In this document: in pieces, positions 1 to 7,894 of the stretch
Numbering within the stretch: position 1 is the stretch's first letter
Layout: each line of letters starts with the position of its first letter
Assembly: GCA_963674945.2 (NCBI GenBank)
Contig: CAXXWQ010000004.1
Location: 803,806-827,805 of the forward strand
Direction of reading: 5' to 3'
Source: an uncultured Desulfosarcina sp.
GTDB taxonomy: Bacteria > Desulfobacterota > Desulfobacteria > Desulfobacterales > Desulfosarcinaceae
Length of the DNA stretch: 24,000 nt
The notes under the pieces: model-generated
Databases searched by the model: none
The model's input: only the letters and a program-made list of their open reading frames with translations
What the model was told of the DNA's origin: nothing
Program-made: the position numbers and the translations under genes

Positions 1-416
1 AACACGAAATCGCAAAATTAATCAACAAATCAAAAAGTTATGTCAGTCAGGTCCTGGGCCTGGAGCGGCTTTCCGATGAGGCCAAAAAGAAGGTTCAGAC
101 GTCTGAACTTTCCAAAGAGGTTCAGATCCAGGCATCCCGGGAAACGGAGCCTGAAAAGCAAATTGAAATTCTGAAGATGGCATCCGATGAAAAAAAGACC
201 GTCCGGGATATCCGCAATCAAACCAGACAGGTTGGAGCCCAAGATCCGGATCACAATAAGACTTTCAGCCAGTGGACCTGGCGATCGAAGAAGGGACGGT
301 TTACAGTGTCGGTACGGTTTACGGAAAAGCATCCTTTCGAAAACAAGACGAAAATGGTTCGGGCTGCTTTAGAGGAAGCGGTCAGTCAGATTTCTACCAA
401 ACTCCCTGATGGCTGA
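1..416 (+). CDS. ParB-like partition / HTH DNA-binding protein, C-terminal part (5' end lies outside the window)
   Basis: The frame is open from the window edge. The translation HEIAKLINKSKSYVSQVLGLERLSDEAKKKV... is a ParB/Spo0J-type helix-turn-helix. The listed ORF 177..416 is only the portion after an internal Met. Confidence 0.6.
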   Translation, partial: HEIAKLINKSKSYVSQVLGLERLSDEAKKKVQTSELSKEVQIQASRETEPEKQIEILKMASDEKKTVRDIRNQTRQVGAQDPDHNKTFSQWTWRSKKGRFTVSVRFTEKHPFENKTKMVRAALEEAVSQISTKLPDG

Positions 417-478
417 AACAATTATTCAATAATCATAGATGTGTTTGCTCGAGTGTGTGGCCCGAACTCCCTATTAAA

Positions 479-1390
479 TCATTCCGCAAAAACCAATTCC
501 ACCAGCCTTTGTGTGGCTGACAAAGCGTCCACGAACGTAATAATCTCGTCAGGGCCGGCAAACGACACTTGCAGCACGAAGGTTTCATATTCCTTCGCCC
601 ACTTACTGTCATGGTGCAATTTGTCAAGCATGGTGGCAAAGCGCTCGACCGGGTCATGAGGCGCTCCACCTCCTCCCCGGCCAGCGTCCTTTTCCGCGAT
701 TTGCCGCACTAAGATCACGAATTCCGGCGCGCTTCCAATATGGCTTTCAAGAGCCGCCAGGTCGTAAAGGTGACGGATGACGGATGGATCGTCATTTTCC
801 GCCCCTCGCTTGCGCGTGCATACACGCCAAGCCAAGGCGCTCAATTTGTCGGCGGCTGTTTCTGTTGGGTCAACGCAGGGAAAACTCAGAACCTCGGGAG
901 GCTTCTTTTCAAACTGTGCGATCAAGGACCGAATAGGCCGGCTTATTGGTTGCAGCGCCGGCGCAATGAAAGACATTTCGATACGGATATAGGGCCTCAG
1001 GCCCGGACCTGTTTGGAAATGACTGTGATAGGCCAAGTCGGCCGTGAAAAAGCGGCTTTCATTACCTTTTTTAACGGCGATCAAATTAAAATCGGCAGCA
1101 GCCAGGGCCGATAAAACCTGCTCGCGGTAACTGCTGCGATGTTTTCGCTGCTTAGCGTTACTCGCGTCGGCGGGCATGGAGACCTTGAAGTCGATATCTT
1201 CGGAAAAGCGCTTGATATGCCCCCATCCCTTTGATAGCGACGTGCCGCCAGAAAAAACGGGTATCGCACCTGCACCGTCGAGGGACGAAATCACACGTAT
1301 GGCTTGAACGACATGCCAATCCTTTTCGACCAGGCGTTCATCGCTCAAAAACGCGCCAGCGACTCGCTCAATAAGTTTCCGCTCAAGCAC
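479..1390 (-). CDS. AbiEii/AbiGii-family nucleotidyltransferase toxin (type IV TA / abortive infection)
   Basis: 303 aa. The motif GGTSLSKGWGHIKRFSEDIDF is the hallmark N-terminal NTase motif of the DUF1814/AbiEii family. The start overlaps the stop of the upstream antitoxin-like gene by 8 nt. Confidence 0.85.
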   Translation of the reverse strand: MLERKLIERVAGAFLSDERLVEKDWHVVQAIRVISSLDGAGAIPVFSGGTSLSKGWGHIKRFSEDIDFKVSMPADASNAKQRKHRSSYREQVLSALAAADFNLIAVKKGNESRFFTADLAYHSHFQTGPGLRPYIRIEMSFIAPALQPISRPIRSLIAQFEKKPPEVLSFPCVDPTETAADKLSALAWRVCTRKRGAENDDPSVIRHLYDLAALESHIGSAPEFVILVRQIAEKDAGRGGGGAPHDPVERFATMLDKLHHDSKWAKEYETFVLQVSFAGPDEIITFVDALSATQRLVELVFAE

Positions 1391-1790
1391 GTTCGAAACT
1401 CATAAAAACCCCTTTGTAACCGATCTTACGGCGTACCCTCTTTCGGGTGGCGATCACACGGCCTGCCGGGACTTGGGTTGTTTTACCGGCATTATAGGCT
1501 TTTTCAAACCGTGTTGGGACGCTTTCTACCCCCAATCGGCTAAGCGCCTCGGCCGTCAATGAATAGAGCCCCTTGACCGGCGTCGGTGTACCGTCGAAGG
1601 GCGATGGCACGGCGCGCGTGTAAAGCCCTTGGCCTATTTTCATAAGCTTACCCTTCTTCACAAGTCCCCGAAGGGCACGACCCACCTGGTCATATCCGCC
1701 CAGGTCTTTAAAATCGGCACGTAGAAAGACGTCACCGCGCTTGCGGTCGATACGTTTCATCATGCGTGTTTCCAAATTTTGGGTTCTCAT
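1383..1790 (-). CDS. AbiEi-family antitoxin-like protein (winged-helix)
   Basis: RGDVFLRADFKDLGGYDQVGRALRGLVKKGKLMKIGQGLYTR matches the AbiEi N-terminal domain pattern, and the gene is operonic with AbiEii. The ORF is open to 1841, but Met18 (ATG 1790) or the MMKR Mets are more plausible starts. Confidence 0.7.
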   Translation of the reverse strand: MRTQNLETRMMKRIDRKRGDVFLRADFKDLGGYDQVGRALRGLVKKGKLMKIGQGLYTRAVPSPFDGTPTPVKGLYSLTAEALSRLGVESVPTRFEKAYNAGKTTQVPAGRVIATRKRVRRKIGYKGVFMSFERA

Positions 1791-1975
1791 CTTGCACCTC
1801 ACGTTCAATGTCAATTTACGACACTTATGCGATGATTTCAATAGCTAATCAATTAGTTAAGAGAAAAAAGCGCCAGTTCCCCTTACTATTCGCTCAGGGA
1901 TACCCGTGATGTTACGAAAATTGGTTTTGTCTGAAAAGCGACTATATGTGTGCTTGACGTAACTACATTATGTAG

Positions 1976-2158
1976 CTACTAAAAACAATTGAGGATGACC
2001 GCCTCGTTTATAGAGAGCATCGATTTATTTCATTCGGTTTTATGTACGACCACATAATTGCGGCTGTCCATACCGAAACTGAAGAAAAAATACGAATAAT
2101 ATCTGCAAGGAAGGCAACGAAAAATGAGCAAAAAGAATATATCAAGCAAATCCCGTAA
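1976..2158 (+). pseudogene. brnT: BrnT (DUF497) toxin remnant, N-terminally truncated
   Basis: Hand translation gives ...DDRLVYREHRFISFGFMYDHIIAAVHTETEEKIRIISARKATKNEQKEYIKQIP*. The IRIISARKAT tail is the conserved BrnT C-terminus. The frame is closed by TAG at 1973-1975, the only ATG is at 2042 (38 codons), and about 30 N-terminal residues are missing. It overlaps the brnA start, as in intact brnTA operons. Confidence 0.6.
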
Positions 2159-2396
2159 GGATTCTGAGATCGATCTTAGTGATCTTCCTGAAATCGTGCC
2201 GGAAAAGTTTGCTAAGGCTGTTGTTCGGAAAGGCCTGAAACCTGTGTCCAAGAAGGCTCAGATTACACTTAGAATAGATTCTGACGTGCTGGAATGGTTT
2301 AAAGGAACAGGCAAAGGGTACCAGACTCGCATCAACACGCTACTGCGTGCCTATATGGAAGAAAGCCAAGGCACAACCCACCATAGAGAAGCTTAG
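2124..2396 (+). CDS. brnA: BrnA-family antitoxin (CopG/RHH-like)
   Basis: 90 aa. ITLRIDSDVLEWFKGTGKGYQTRINTLLRAYME is the typical BrnA C-terminal domain. Confidence 0.8.
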   Translation: MSKKNISSKSRKDSEIDLSDLPEIVPEKFAKAVVRKGLKPVSKKAQITLRIDSDVLEWFKGTGKGYQTRINTLLRAYMEESQGTTHHREA

Positions 2397-2660
2397 AGTA
2401 ATTTTTCATTCCATTGGGTGGAAAGGTATAGAGATTGGAGAATGAATCCGTGAAAAAGAAAGTGATGAAAATCGGAATCCTCCATTTTCTATATCCAAAG
2501 CTTGGCATGTAGTTTTGTAATTAGCTGAGGGGTAGTGGAGTTTTTTCTTAGTCGAAAAAATATATAACCCATTAATATTAAACAATATTTTTGACTAGAC
2601 ATAAGCCCTTAAAATTGTTATGAATAATCTCAATGATTATAACAGCAAAGGAGATTATTC

Positions 2661-3017
2661 ATGCCCAGAAAAGCAAACAAGATCTCGACCCGCTGGATTC
2701 GTGAAAACCGTGAGGCATTCAGAGATTTTCTCGATGAAACCGACTTCCCCGATCCGGAACGGCTGGGAGAACGCGGGCCTAAGTTCAAGTATCCAGAATG
2801 GCTGATCATGTTCATTGCGATTCTGTCTGTTAAATTGAAAGTCAAAAGCTACGTTCAAATTCACAAGATGGCGGTCAAATACTGGGACATTATCGCCCAG
2901 GACATGGAACTGACACCCATCAGTGAAAAACAGCTCAGGGACCGGTTAAAAAAAATCCGTCATTTCCCTGGAAACCCAGCAGCGTTCATTTTTCAGCTAT
3001 TTCCTGAGCTTGAGTAA
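2661..3017 (+). CDS. IS transposase, N-terminal ORF (orfA)
   Basis: 118 aa lying directly upstream of, and 8 nt overlapping, the DDE-domain ORF inside the same IR-bounded element. Confidence 0.7.
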   Translation: MPRKANKISTRWIRENREAFRDFLDETDFPDPERLGERGPKFKYPEWLIMFIAILSVKLKVKSYVQIHKMAVKYWDIIAQDMELTPISEKQLRDRLKKIRHFPGNPAAFIFQLFPELE

Positions 3018-3663
3018 AGACCGGATTGTCAGCGCGGACAAGATGATGAACAGGGCCAAAGGTCCGGTCTGGCACAAGAAACAAAAAGATCAGGGCATTA
3101 TTCCCAAAGGGCTGCGCGGCATCGATAAAGAGGCCACCTGGTGCAAATCCCAGGCTGCCGGTTGGGTTTACGGCCACGGGTCATTTTCACTGACCTCGCA
3201 CAAGCATCCGGTGCTGGGCTGCTTTGTGTGGATGCGAAACAGCGCCAATGAAGCCAAACGCATGTGGTTGGAAACGTTTCATGTCAAAGATCAGGTGGAC
3301 TATATCGCCATGGACTCGAAAGCCGATGATGCTTTATTGTTCCGTGAGTTCAAGAGGCAACGTCACATGAACCTGATCACCAGTTGTCGTGCAACCATGG
3401 ATAAAACAATGCCTCGCAAGAAGATGATCGCTTTCATGAGTAAGCCGAAACACAAAAAGATCTACCGGGAACGTGCCTATAAGGTTGAGCCGATGCAAGG
3501 TCTGGTGAAAGACATCTTTGAGTTAGACCGTTGCTGGATGCGCGGTAACGATAATAATCGGTGGTTGTTTGCCGCCATGGGTCTAACCATTCAAATGCAT
3601 CAGCTTCAAGCATTTAAGCAAGGTCGATCAACTTGGAATATCAAAGAACAGGTCTTGGGATAA
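3010..3663 (+). CDS. IS transposase, DDE catalytic ORF (orfB), in the +1 frame relative to orfA
   Basis: DKEATWCKSQAAGWVYGHGSF, IAMDSKADD and YRERAYKVEPMQGLVKDIF match the D..D..E region pattern of IS5/IS1182-type transposases. The only start is TTG. The protein sequence appears continuous across the orfA/orfB junction (..FPEL/SKDRIVSADKM..). Confidence 0.75.
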   Translation: MSKDRIVSADKMMNRAKGPVWHKKQKDQGIIPKGLRGIDKEATWCKSQAAGWVYGHGSFSLTSHKHPVLGCFVWMRNSANEAKRMWLETFHVKDQVDYIAMDSKADDALLFREFKRQRHMNLITSCRATMDKTMPRKKMIAFMSKPKHKKIYRERAYKVEPMQGLVKDIFELDRCWMRGNDNNRWLFAAMGLTIQMHQLQAFKQGRSTWNIKEQVLG

Positions 3664-3685
3664 ACTCCCCGACCCCTGAATTAGC

Positions 3686-4228
3686 TCAAATGTGAATTAT
3701 TTCATGTTCATCAAACCAACCTTGTTCAAGAGTGAAATTTCTTACCTTCTGTGGCTCTTTGGTATAAGCAACAATAGCTAAACTTTCCTCGGCACGGCTA
3801 CAGGTGACATAAAAAAGTCTACGGGTACGATCAATGCTTGTTTCTTTTCCTTCTTCTTCATTTTTAAGGTCAGTAGAAGTAGGATCTTTAGCTCCGAATA
3901 GCTTTTCATAGTTAAACCAACGACCACGAGCTTCATCATCATCGAGAATCACCATAACACGAGGGAATTGAAGACCCTTGATGCCTTGATGGGTTCCAAA
4001 ACAGGATTCAGATTCATCGGAGATGTACCTAATATATTCTTCAAACTGGCTGAATTTGCATTGTAATGCCGTATCCCATGCCTCTATAACCGGGTCATTT
4101 TCCGGTTCCTCAGAGTGTTCCTCCGAAGCGCCTTCTTGATCCTCATTTAATCTATTGGCTATTGGAAGTAATGTGTCAGGAATCAGGAAAATACCACTAT
4201 TGAATACCTCTTTTAATACATCCCTGAA
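3686..4228 (-). pseudogene. UvrD/PcrA-like superfamily-1 helicase, C-terminal ~180 codons only
   Basis: The frame is open from 4228 with no start. It contains THQGIKGLQFPRVMVILDD (motif V region) and RRLFYVTCSRAEESLAIV (motif VI / UvrD_C). The listed 89-aa ORF 3686..3955 is only the part after an internal Met. Walker A and the N-terminal domains are absent. Confidence 0.7.
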
Positions 4229-4409
4229 TCAGTGGCCTAATTTTTGCTGTTAGGATTGGCGCGGGGCGATTGCCTCACACACCATCATTTGTTGATAATT
4301 TTTCTCACTATTTTCAAATTTCGAAGGAATTTTGCTCCTGTTTCTCATTCTTTAGCCATAGCAAATCACCAAGCAAATGCCTGTAAAATTGTTCTTTTAA
4401 AAATTATAG

Positions 4410-5780
4410 CTACTTCATAGCGGAAAGCAAATTCAGACGAAGATAAATCCGATCCATCAGTTTGGAAAATGGATTGAGTTGGCCAAAGGATATGTACCAT
4501 TTTCTACTTCTGGTTACTAATCGACCGGCCATATACATCAAGTCCTGCATGACTGTCCGGATTCGACGCCGGGTAACTTTCTTCCGGCGTATACCGGGCA
4601 ATTCAGTCGGATCACTCTCTTCGATGCTGATTTGTCCGATAATCCGTAGCATGTTGTACGTCAGCATCGCCAAATGAAGAATCAAGCTATTGGTGGAAAA
4701 ATGACCGCTCGGCAAGCGCTCCAGGCCCATGTCGGATTTGAGTTCGGAGTGAAACTGCTCGCTGGTACCGTGATCGTGATAAAGTCGAATCACCTCATCC
4801 GGTGGCAACTGTGCGAGGCTGCACCAATAGGTATCGATCTGATACTCGGGGAACAGCAGTACTTGGCCCTTTTTGGTATGCCTTTCGGTAACCTCAAAGA
4901 TGATTGGGTAGCGCAATGGATTGCCGTTGATGTCTTCAATCGTCTTTCCGATCCATACACATTTTCCTGAGCGGCAATGCTGTTGCTTGCCGGATTTTTT
5001 TGCCAGATCAACCCACTTTTGAACAGATTCTCTACGCAAATTGCGTTTGATGATAAAGTGGACATTCTTTCGTGAATCGTCAGGAAAGTTGTCTTGACTG
5101 TCGTTTCCTGAATCCAACCTCATCAAAATAGGCTGATCGGTAATTTGCCTGGCATAATCCAAGGTGGCGTTGATAAATTCGGGGGTGTTTTTCTGGCAGT
5201 GTTGTTTTCCTTCTCTGAACTCAAGATTCACCAGATACCCCTCGGTGCCCAGGTAGGCAAAGATCGGAGCGAAGCCATCCGTGCCTTTGTAGGTTCTGGA
5301 AACGCCTTCCTTTTGAGTCTTTGAGTTGTCAAACGGACTCACATCCATATCCAAAGGAAGGAAATCACCCGCACTGGTTTGGATGGGTGAAATCGCCGGA
5401 GCGCAGGATCGAACCAAATCAACGCCTGCATCCTTAATCAGCTTATCGGCTTGGTTGCCGATCAAATCGATTCGCTGACGCAATGTCGGGCTTGACGGGC
5501 ATGCACGATTGCCAATGGCCTTGTTGAAAAATTCTTGCTTCTCACGAAAAATCTCGATCGCATCGTAATCAGGTTTACCAATACTCATGAGAGCAATCAT
5601 CGAAGCTAAAATGTCACCATGAGAAATTTTCGGGTCTACACAATGGACGCCGTTGATCTTTTCGAAACGGAACCTGAAATTTATCGCATCAAGTAATGCG
5701 CCGATATTGATCAATCCGCTATGACTGGCAAGTTTTTCCATCTCGTGTTTTATGGTGATCGGACGCCGCATTGATTTCAC
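4410..5780 (-). CDS. IS1380-family DDE transposase
   Basis: 456 aa. DMDVSPFDNSKTQKEGVSRTYKGTDGFAPIFAYLGTEGYLVNLEFREGKQH and LYHDHGTSEQFHSELKSDMGLERLPSGHFSTNSLILHLAMLTYNMLR match IS1380 family signatures. A GGAGGTG RBS lies 6 nt upstream of the ATG. Confidence 0.85.
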   Translation of the reverse strand: MKSMRRPITIKHEMEKLASHSGLINIGALLDAINFRFRFEKINGVHCVDPKISHGDILASMIALMSIGKPDYDAIEIFREKQEFFNKAIGNRACPSSPTLRQRIDLIGNQADKLIKDAGVDLVRSCAPAISPIQTSAGDFLPLDMDVSPFDNSKTQKEGVSRTYKGTDGFAPIFAYLGTEGYLVNLEFREGKQHCQKNTPEFINATLDYARQITDQPILMRLDSGNDSQDNFPDDSRKNVHFIIKRNLRRESVQKWVDLAKKSGKQQHCRSGKCVWIGKTIEDINGNPLRYPIIFEVTERHTKKGQVLLFPEYQIDTYWCSLAQLPPDEVIRLYHDHGTSEQFHSELKSDMGLERLPSGHFSTNSLILHLAMLTYNMLRIIGQISIEESDPTELPGIRRKKVTRRRIRTVMQDLMYMAGRLVTRSRKWYISFGQLNPFSKLMDRIYLRLNLLSAMK

Positions 5781-5806
5781 CTCCGAAGTGAGCGTTTAGT
5801 GCCCTA

Positions 5807-5835
5807 ATATTACCATAATATATATGTTTTATCAA
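5807..5835 (-). promoter_or_regulatory. sigma70-like promoter for the IS1380 transposase
   Basis: The minus strand reads TTGATA (5835-5830), a 17-nt spacer, then TAATAT (5812-5807), about 25 nt upstream of the transposase ATG. Confidence 0.5.
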
Positions 5836-5839
5836 TTGG

Positions 5840-6283
5840 TTATAGTGTTTTAATCAGGTTTTGTGCCACGGAAACAGGTACATCATTGAGAGAAGGGTCT
5901 GAATTACCGGACCAGAGAGAATATAGTGCATTAACTGCATCTTTTGCCTTGGTGATTTCCCCTAATGATTTAGTAGAATTTTTTAGTGCATCTTTTTTAA
6001 TTATTGGCGAGTTCTCTCTCATTATCCTTGATACGGCGAATTCATCACCTGTTTGCTTCGCCTTTACTAAGGGCAATACTTTTTTTGAGAATAAAGAAAC
6101 TCCAGATAACTTACCATCAAGCAAGCCGGTTTTTAGTCTATTGACACGATATAAAGGATCAAAAAAGTCAGAAAAACCGCCACGATTAGCAGCCATATGA
6201 TGCTCTAATGTTAATATTTTAACTGATTCTTGAGAAGTATCCTCCCAGAGTTGATCGTCAGTTACCGTAACCGTTTTTCGCAT
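5840..6283 (-). CDS. hypothetical protein (147 aa), third gene of the XRE-ImmA/PIN operon
   Basis: ORF overlapping the PIN gene end by 22 nt. I recognise no motif and see no clear RBS. The last ~6 codons may derive from the adjacent IS end, so the gene may be 3'-truncated. Confidence 0.45.
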   Translation of the reverse strand: MRKTVTVTDDQLWEDTSQESVKILTLEHHMAANRGGFSDFFDPLYRVNRLKTGLLDGKLSGVSLFSKKVLPLVKAKQTGDEFAVSRIMRENSPIIKKDALKNSTKSLGEITKAKDAVNALYSLWSGNSDPSLNDVPVSVAQNLIKTL

Positions 6284-6750
6284 TCAGGAATTGGCAATCT
6301 TTTATTTACCTTCATCAACAAAGTCAGTTTCTCAAAAGCCTTTTTATGATCGATAATATTCTCTTTAACCAACTGATCCATCACCCAAAGGCTTCCATGG
6401 ACACGAATTTTCTCTTCACGAGCAGTTTTTCGAAGTGGTTTATCACCGGTCAGCAGGATTGCGGACAATTCTTTGGCAAGAAACAGGCAGGAACAATCGG
6501 GAAATGATAAAGCAGCCGAATACGTATTTTTCAATAGCACAACCTTTTCCAACTGGTCTGCGTTTAGAGGGTAAATTTCAATTTGGCCGCTTTCAAATGT
6601 TTTTTGGTAGCTTTGGAGCGTCTGATCGTCGAATTCACCCAATACGGCTTCCGTGATCATTTTCTCAAAGGGAAGTCTACAAAATTCGTCTATAAGATCA
6701 ATATCGAGCAGATCGAAAAGAATATTGGCATCGTTGACGATGATTTTCAT
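6262..6750 (-). CDS. PIN-like domain nuclease (DUF3368/DUF4411-like)
   Basis: 162 aa. Acidic residues sit at PIN-typical positions: an N-terminal IIVNDANILFDLLDIDL strand-helix, FPDCSCLFLAKE, and LLTGDKPLRKTAREEKIRVHGSLWVMDQL. The start overlaps the upstream stop as ATGA (6747-6750). Confidence 0.7.
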   Translation of the reverse strand: MKIIVNDANILFDLLDIDLIDEFCRLPFEKMITEAVLGEFDDQTLQSYQKTFESGQIEIYPLNADQLEKVVLLKNTYSAALSFPDCSCLFLAKELSAILLTGDKPLRKTAREEKIRVHGSLWVMDQLVKENIIDHKKAFEKLTLLMKVNKRLPIPECEKRLR

Positions 6751-7802
6751 GCAACCAACTGAAACTTTCTGCGAAACTGCGGCAATTTAACATTCAGCAG
6801 CTCAGCTCCTTTGGACATGGTGACAATATTTTCAGCCACAGCATAATAGATCAGTTGTTTGAAACGGTTTGCCCGCTCCTTTCCAAGATATTCGCCAGGC
6901 TCGTTCTGGCGCCATCCCATGGTATTCACATGGATACAAAAACGCCTATAGCGACTGTCGGTGATTAGCTTGAGGTGGTGAGCCCGGGCCATTATCGCGG
7001 CTAATGAAATTCCGTATATGCCCTTGAGCTTTTTTAGCTCCCATTCAACGATATTCTGACGTTTCCCGAATAATTCATTGGAAATCGCACTATTTGGCAG
7101 TAAAAATGCGCCGGCAAAAGCATGACACATCTTTTCTTTCAACCTTGGCTCCATGACTTCCCGCTTTGGGAATTTCAATAGGATATGTCCCAGTTCATGC
7201 GCCAAGGTGAACCGTTTTCGCACCAATTCGAAAGAGGCGTTTAAAATGATCACCGGAATCTTTCCGACAAAACCCGATAACCCATCGAAACGATCATTTG
7301 CCTCGATCTCGTAAATACAAATCCCCTTATCTTCCAACAACTCCATGAGATTGGAAATGGGACTTTCGCCCAAGTCCCATTCGTCCCTTAATTTTTCCGC
7401 TGCTGCATCGACATCATTGTAAGATCTGATTTTAAAATCCTGAAGCGGATTGTTGAAGAGAGCTCGTTGACCGACTATTTCCTCAATCTCAATATAGCGT
7501 TCCAAAAAATCGAGGGTCCGGCTCTCGATACGATCAATCTCCTTTTGGCTGAGTCTCGATTTTTTACGGAACTCGATCTTTGACAAGTTGACGGTTGATT
7601 CCCTGAAAAAATAACCGGTTCCAAGGTTCAAGGCATTCGCCAATGCCAATAGATTATTGCCATCGGGCTTCATCTGCCCCTTTTCGTACTTGCTAATCGC
7701 CTGTTTGGTTACCCGTTTGTCGGTTGCGTCTGCGAGCGCTTGCTGGCTCATCCCGGCCATTTTTCGGGCAGCTTTTAGGCGTTGTCCGAATTTTTCGCTC
7801 AT
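6747..7802 (-). CDS. XRE-family HTH fused to an ImmA/IrrE (M78, COG2856) zinc metallopeptidase
   Basis: 351 aa. The N-terminal segment QRLKAARKMAGMSQQALADATDKRVTKQAISKYEKGQ is a Cro/C1-type HTH. The central HELGH (HEXXH) motif sits in an ImmA/IrrE-like context (FTLAHELGHILL). Confidence 0.85.
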   Translation of the reverse strand: MSEKFGQRLKAARKMAGMSQQALADATDKRVTKQAISKYEKGQMKPDGNNLLALANALNLGTGYFFRESTVNLSKIEFRKKSRLSQKEIDRIESRTLDFLERYIEIEEIVGQRALFNNPLQDFKIRSYNDVDAAAEKLRDEWDLGESPISNLMELLEDKGICIYEIEANDRFDGLSGFVGKIPVIILNASFELVRKRFTLAHELGHILLKFPKREVMEPRLKEKMCHAFAGAFLLPNSAISNELFGKRQNIVEWELKKLKGIYGISLAAIMARAHHLKLITDSRYRRFCIHVNTMGWRQNEPGEYLGKERANRFKQLIYYAVAENIVTMSKGAELLNVKLPQFRRKFQLVA

Positions 7803-7825
7803 TATTTTTCCTCCAGTGGCTTTAT

Positions 7826-7863
7826 GGTTGACATATTATGACTTTTTATTATTTTTGTCAACC
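7826..7863 (-). promoter_or_regulatory. promoter with a palindromic operator for the XRE-ImmA operon
   Basis: GGTTGACA (7826-7833) and TGTCAACC (7856-7863) form a perfect 8-bp inverted repeat. The minus strand reads TTGACA, a 17-nt spacer, then TAATAT (reverse complement of 7833-7838), ~25 nt upstream of the gene start. Confidence 0.55.
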
Positions 7864-7894
7864 TTCACAAGAGACGATTATACAAATAAAATTT

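Larger units (their letters stand above)
2526..3679 (+). mobile_element. IS5/IS4-superfamily (DDE_Tnp_1-type) insertion sequence, 1154 bp
   Basis: Terminal IRs are TGAGGGGTAGTGGAGTT (2526-2542) and the reverse complement of 3663-3679, TCAGGGGTCGGGGAGTT, matching 14/17. They are flanked by the direct repeat ATTAGC at 2520-2525 and 3680-3685. The transposase stop lies inside the right IR. Confidence 0.8.
4236..5858 (-). mobile_element. IS1380-family insertion sequence (ends only tentatively placed)
   Basis: Contains a 456-aa IS1380-type transposase. Tentative termini are CCTAATT.. at 4236 and ..AATCAGG at 5858. These are a weak IR (6/7 at the tips, 8/15 overall) with no matching TSD. The implied size of ~1.6 kb fits the family. 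Confidence 0.5.

Noticed and set aside
740-1114. 124-aa plus-strand ORF inside the AbiEii gene
   Set aside because: It is antisense to a gene with a clear family motif and has no features of its own.
1791-1841. N-terminal 17 codons of the AbiEi-like ORF (MKSSHKCRKLTLNVRCK)
   Set aside because: No homology-like content. The conserved domain starts after the internal Mets. It is kept only as an alternative start.
4333-5882. Alternative IS1380 termini based on an inverted 8-mer (CCTGTTTC at 4337-4344 versus 5871-5878)
   Set aside because: A single 8-mer match between two ~150-nt windows is near chance expectation. There is no extension beyond 10/12 and no flanking duplication.
5886-6200. 104-aa plus-strand ORF opposite the 147-aa gene
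   Set aside because: It is not in an operon context on the plus strand and has no RBS. The minus-strand ORF is translationally linked to the PIN gene. Both remain unproven, so only the minus-strand ORF is reported, at modest confidence.
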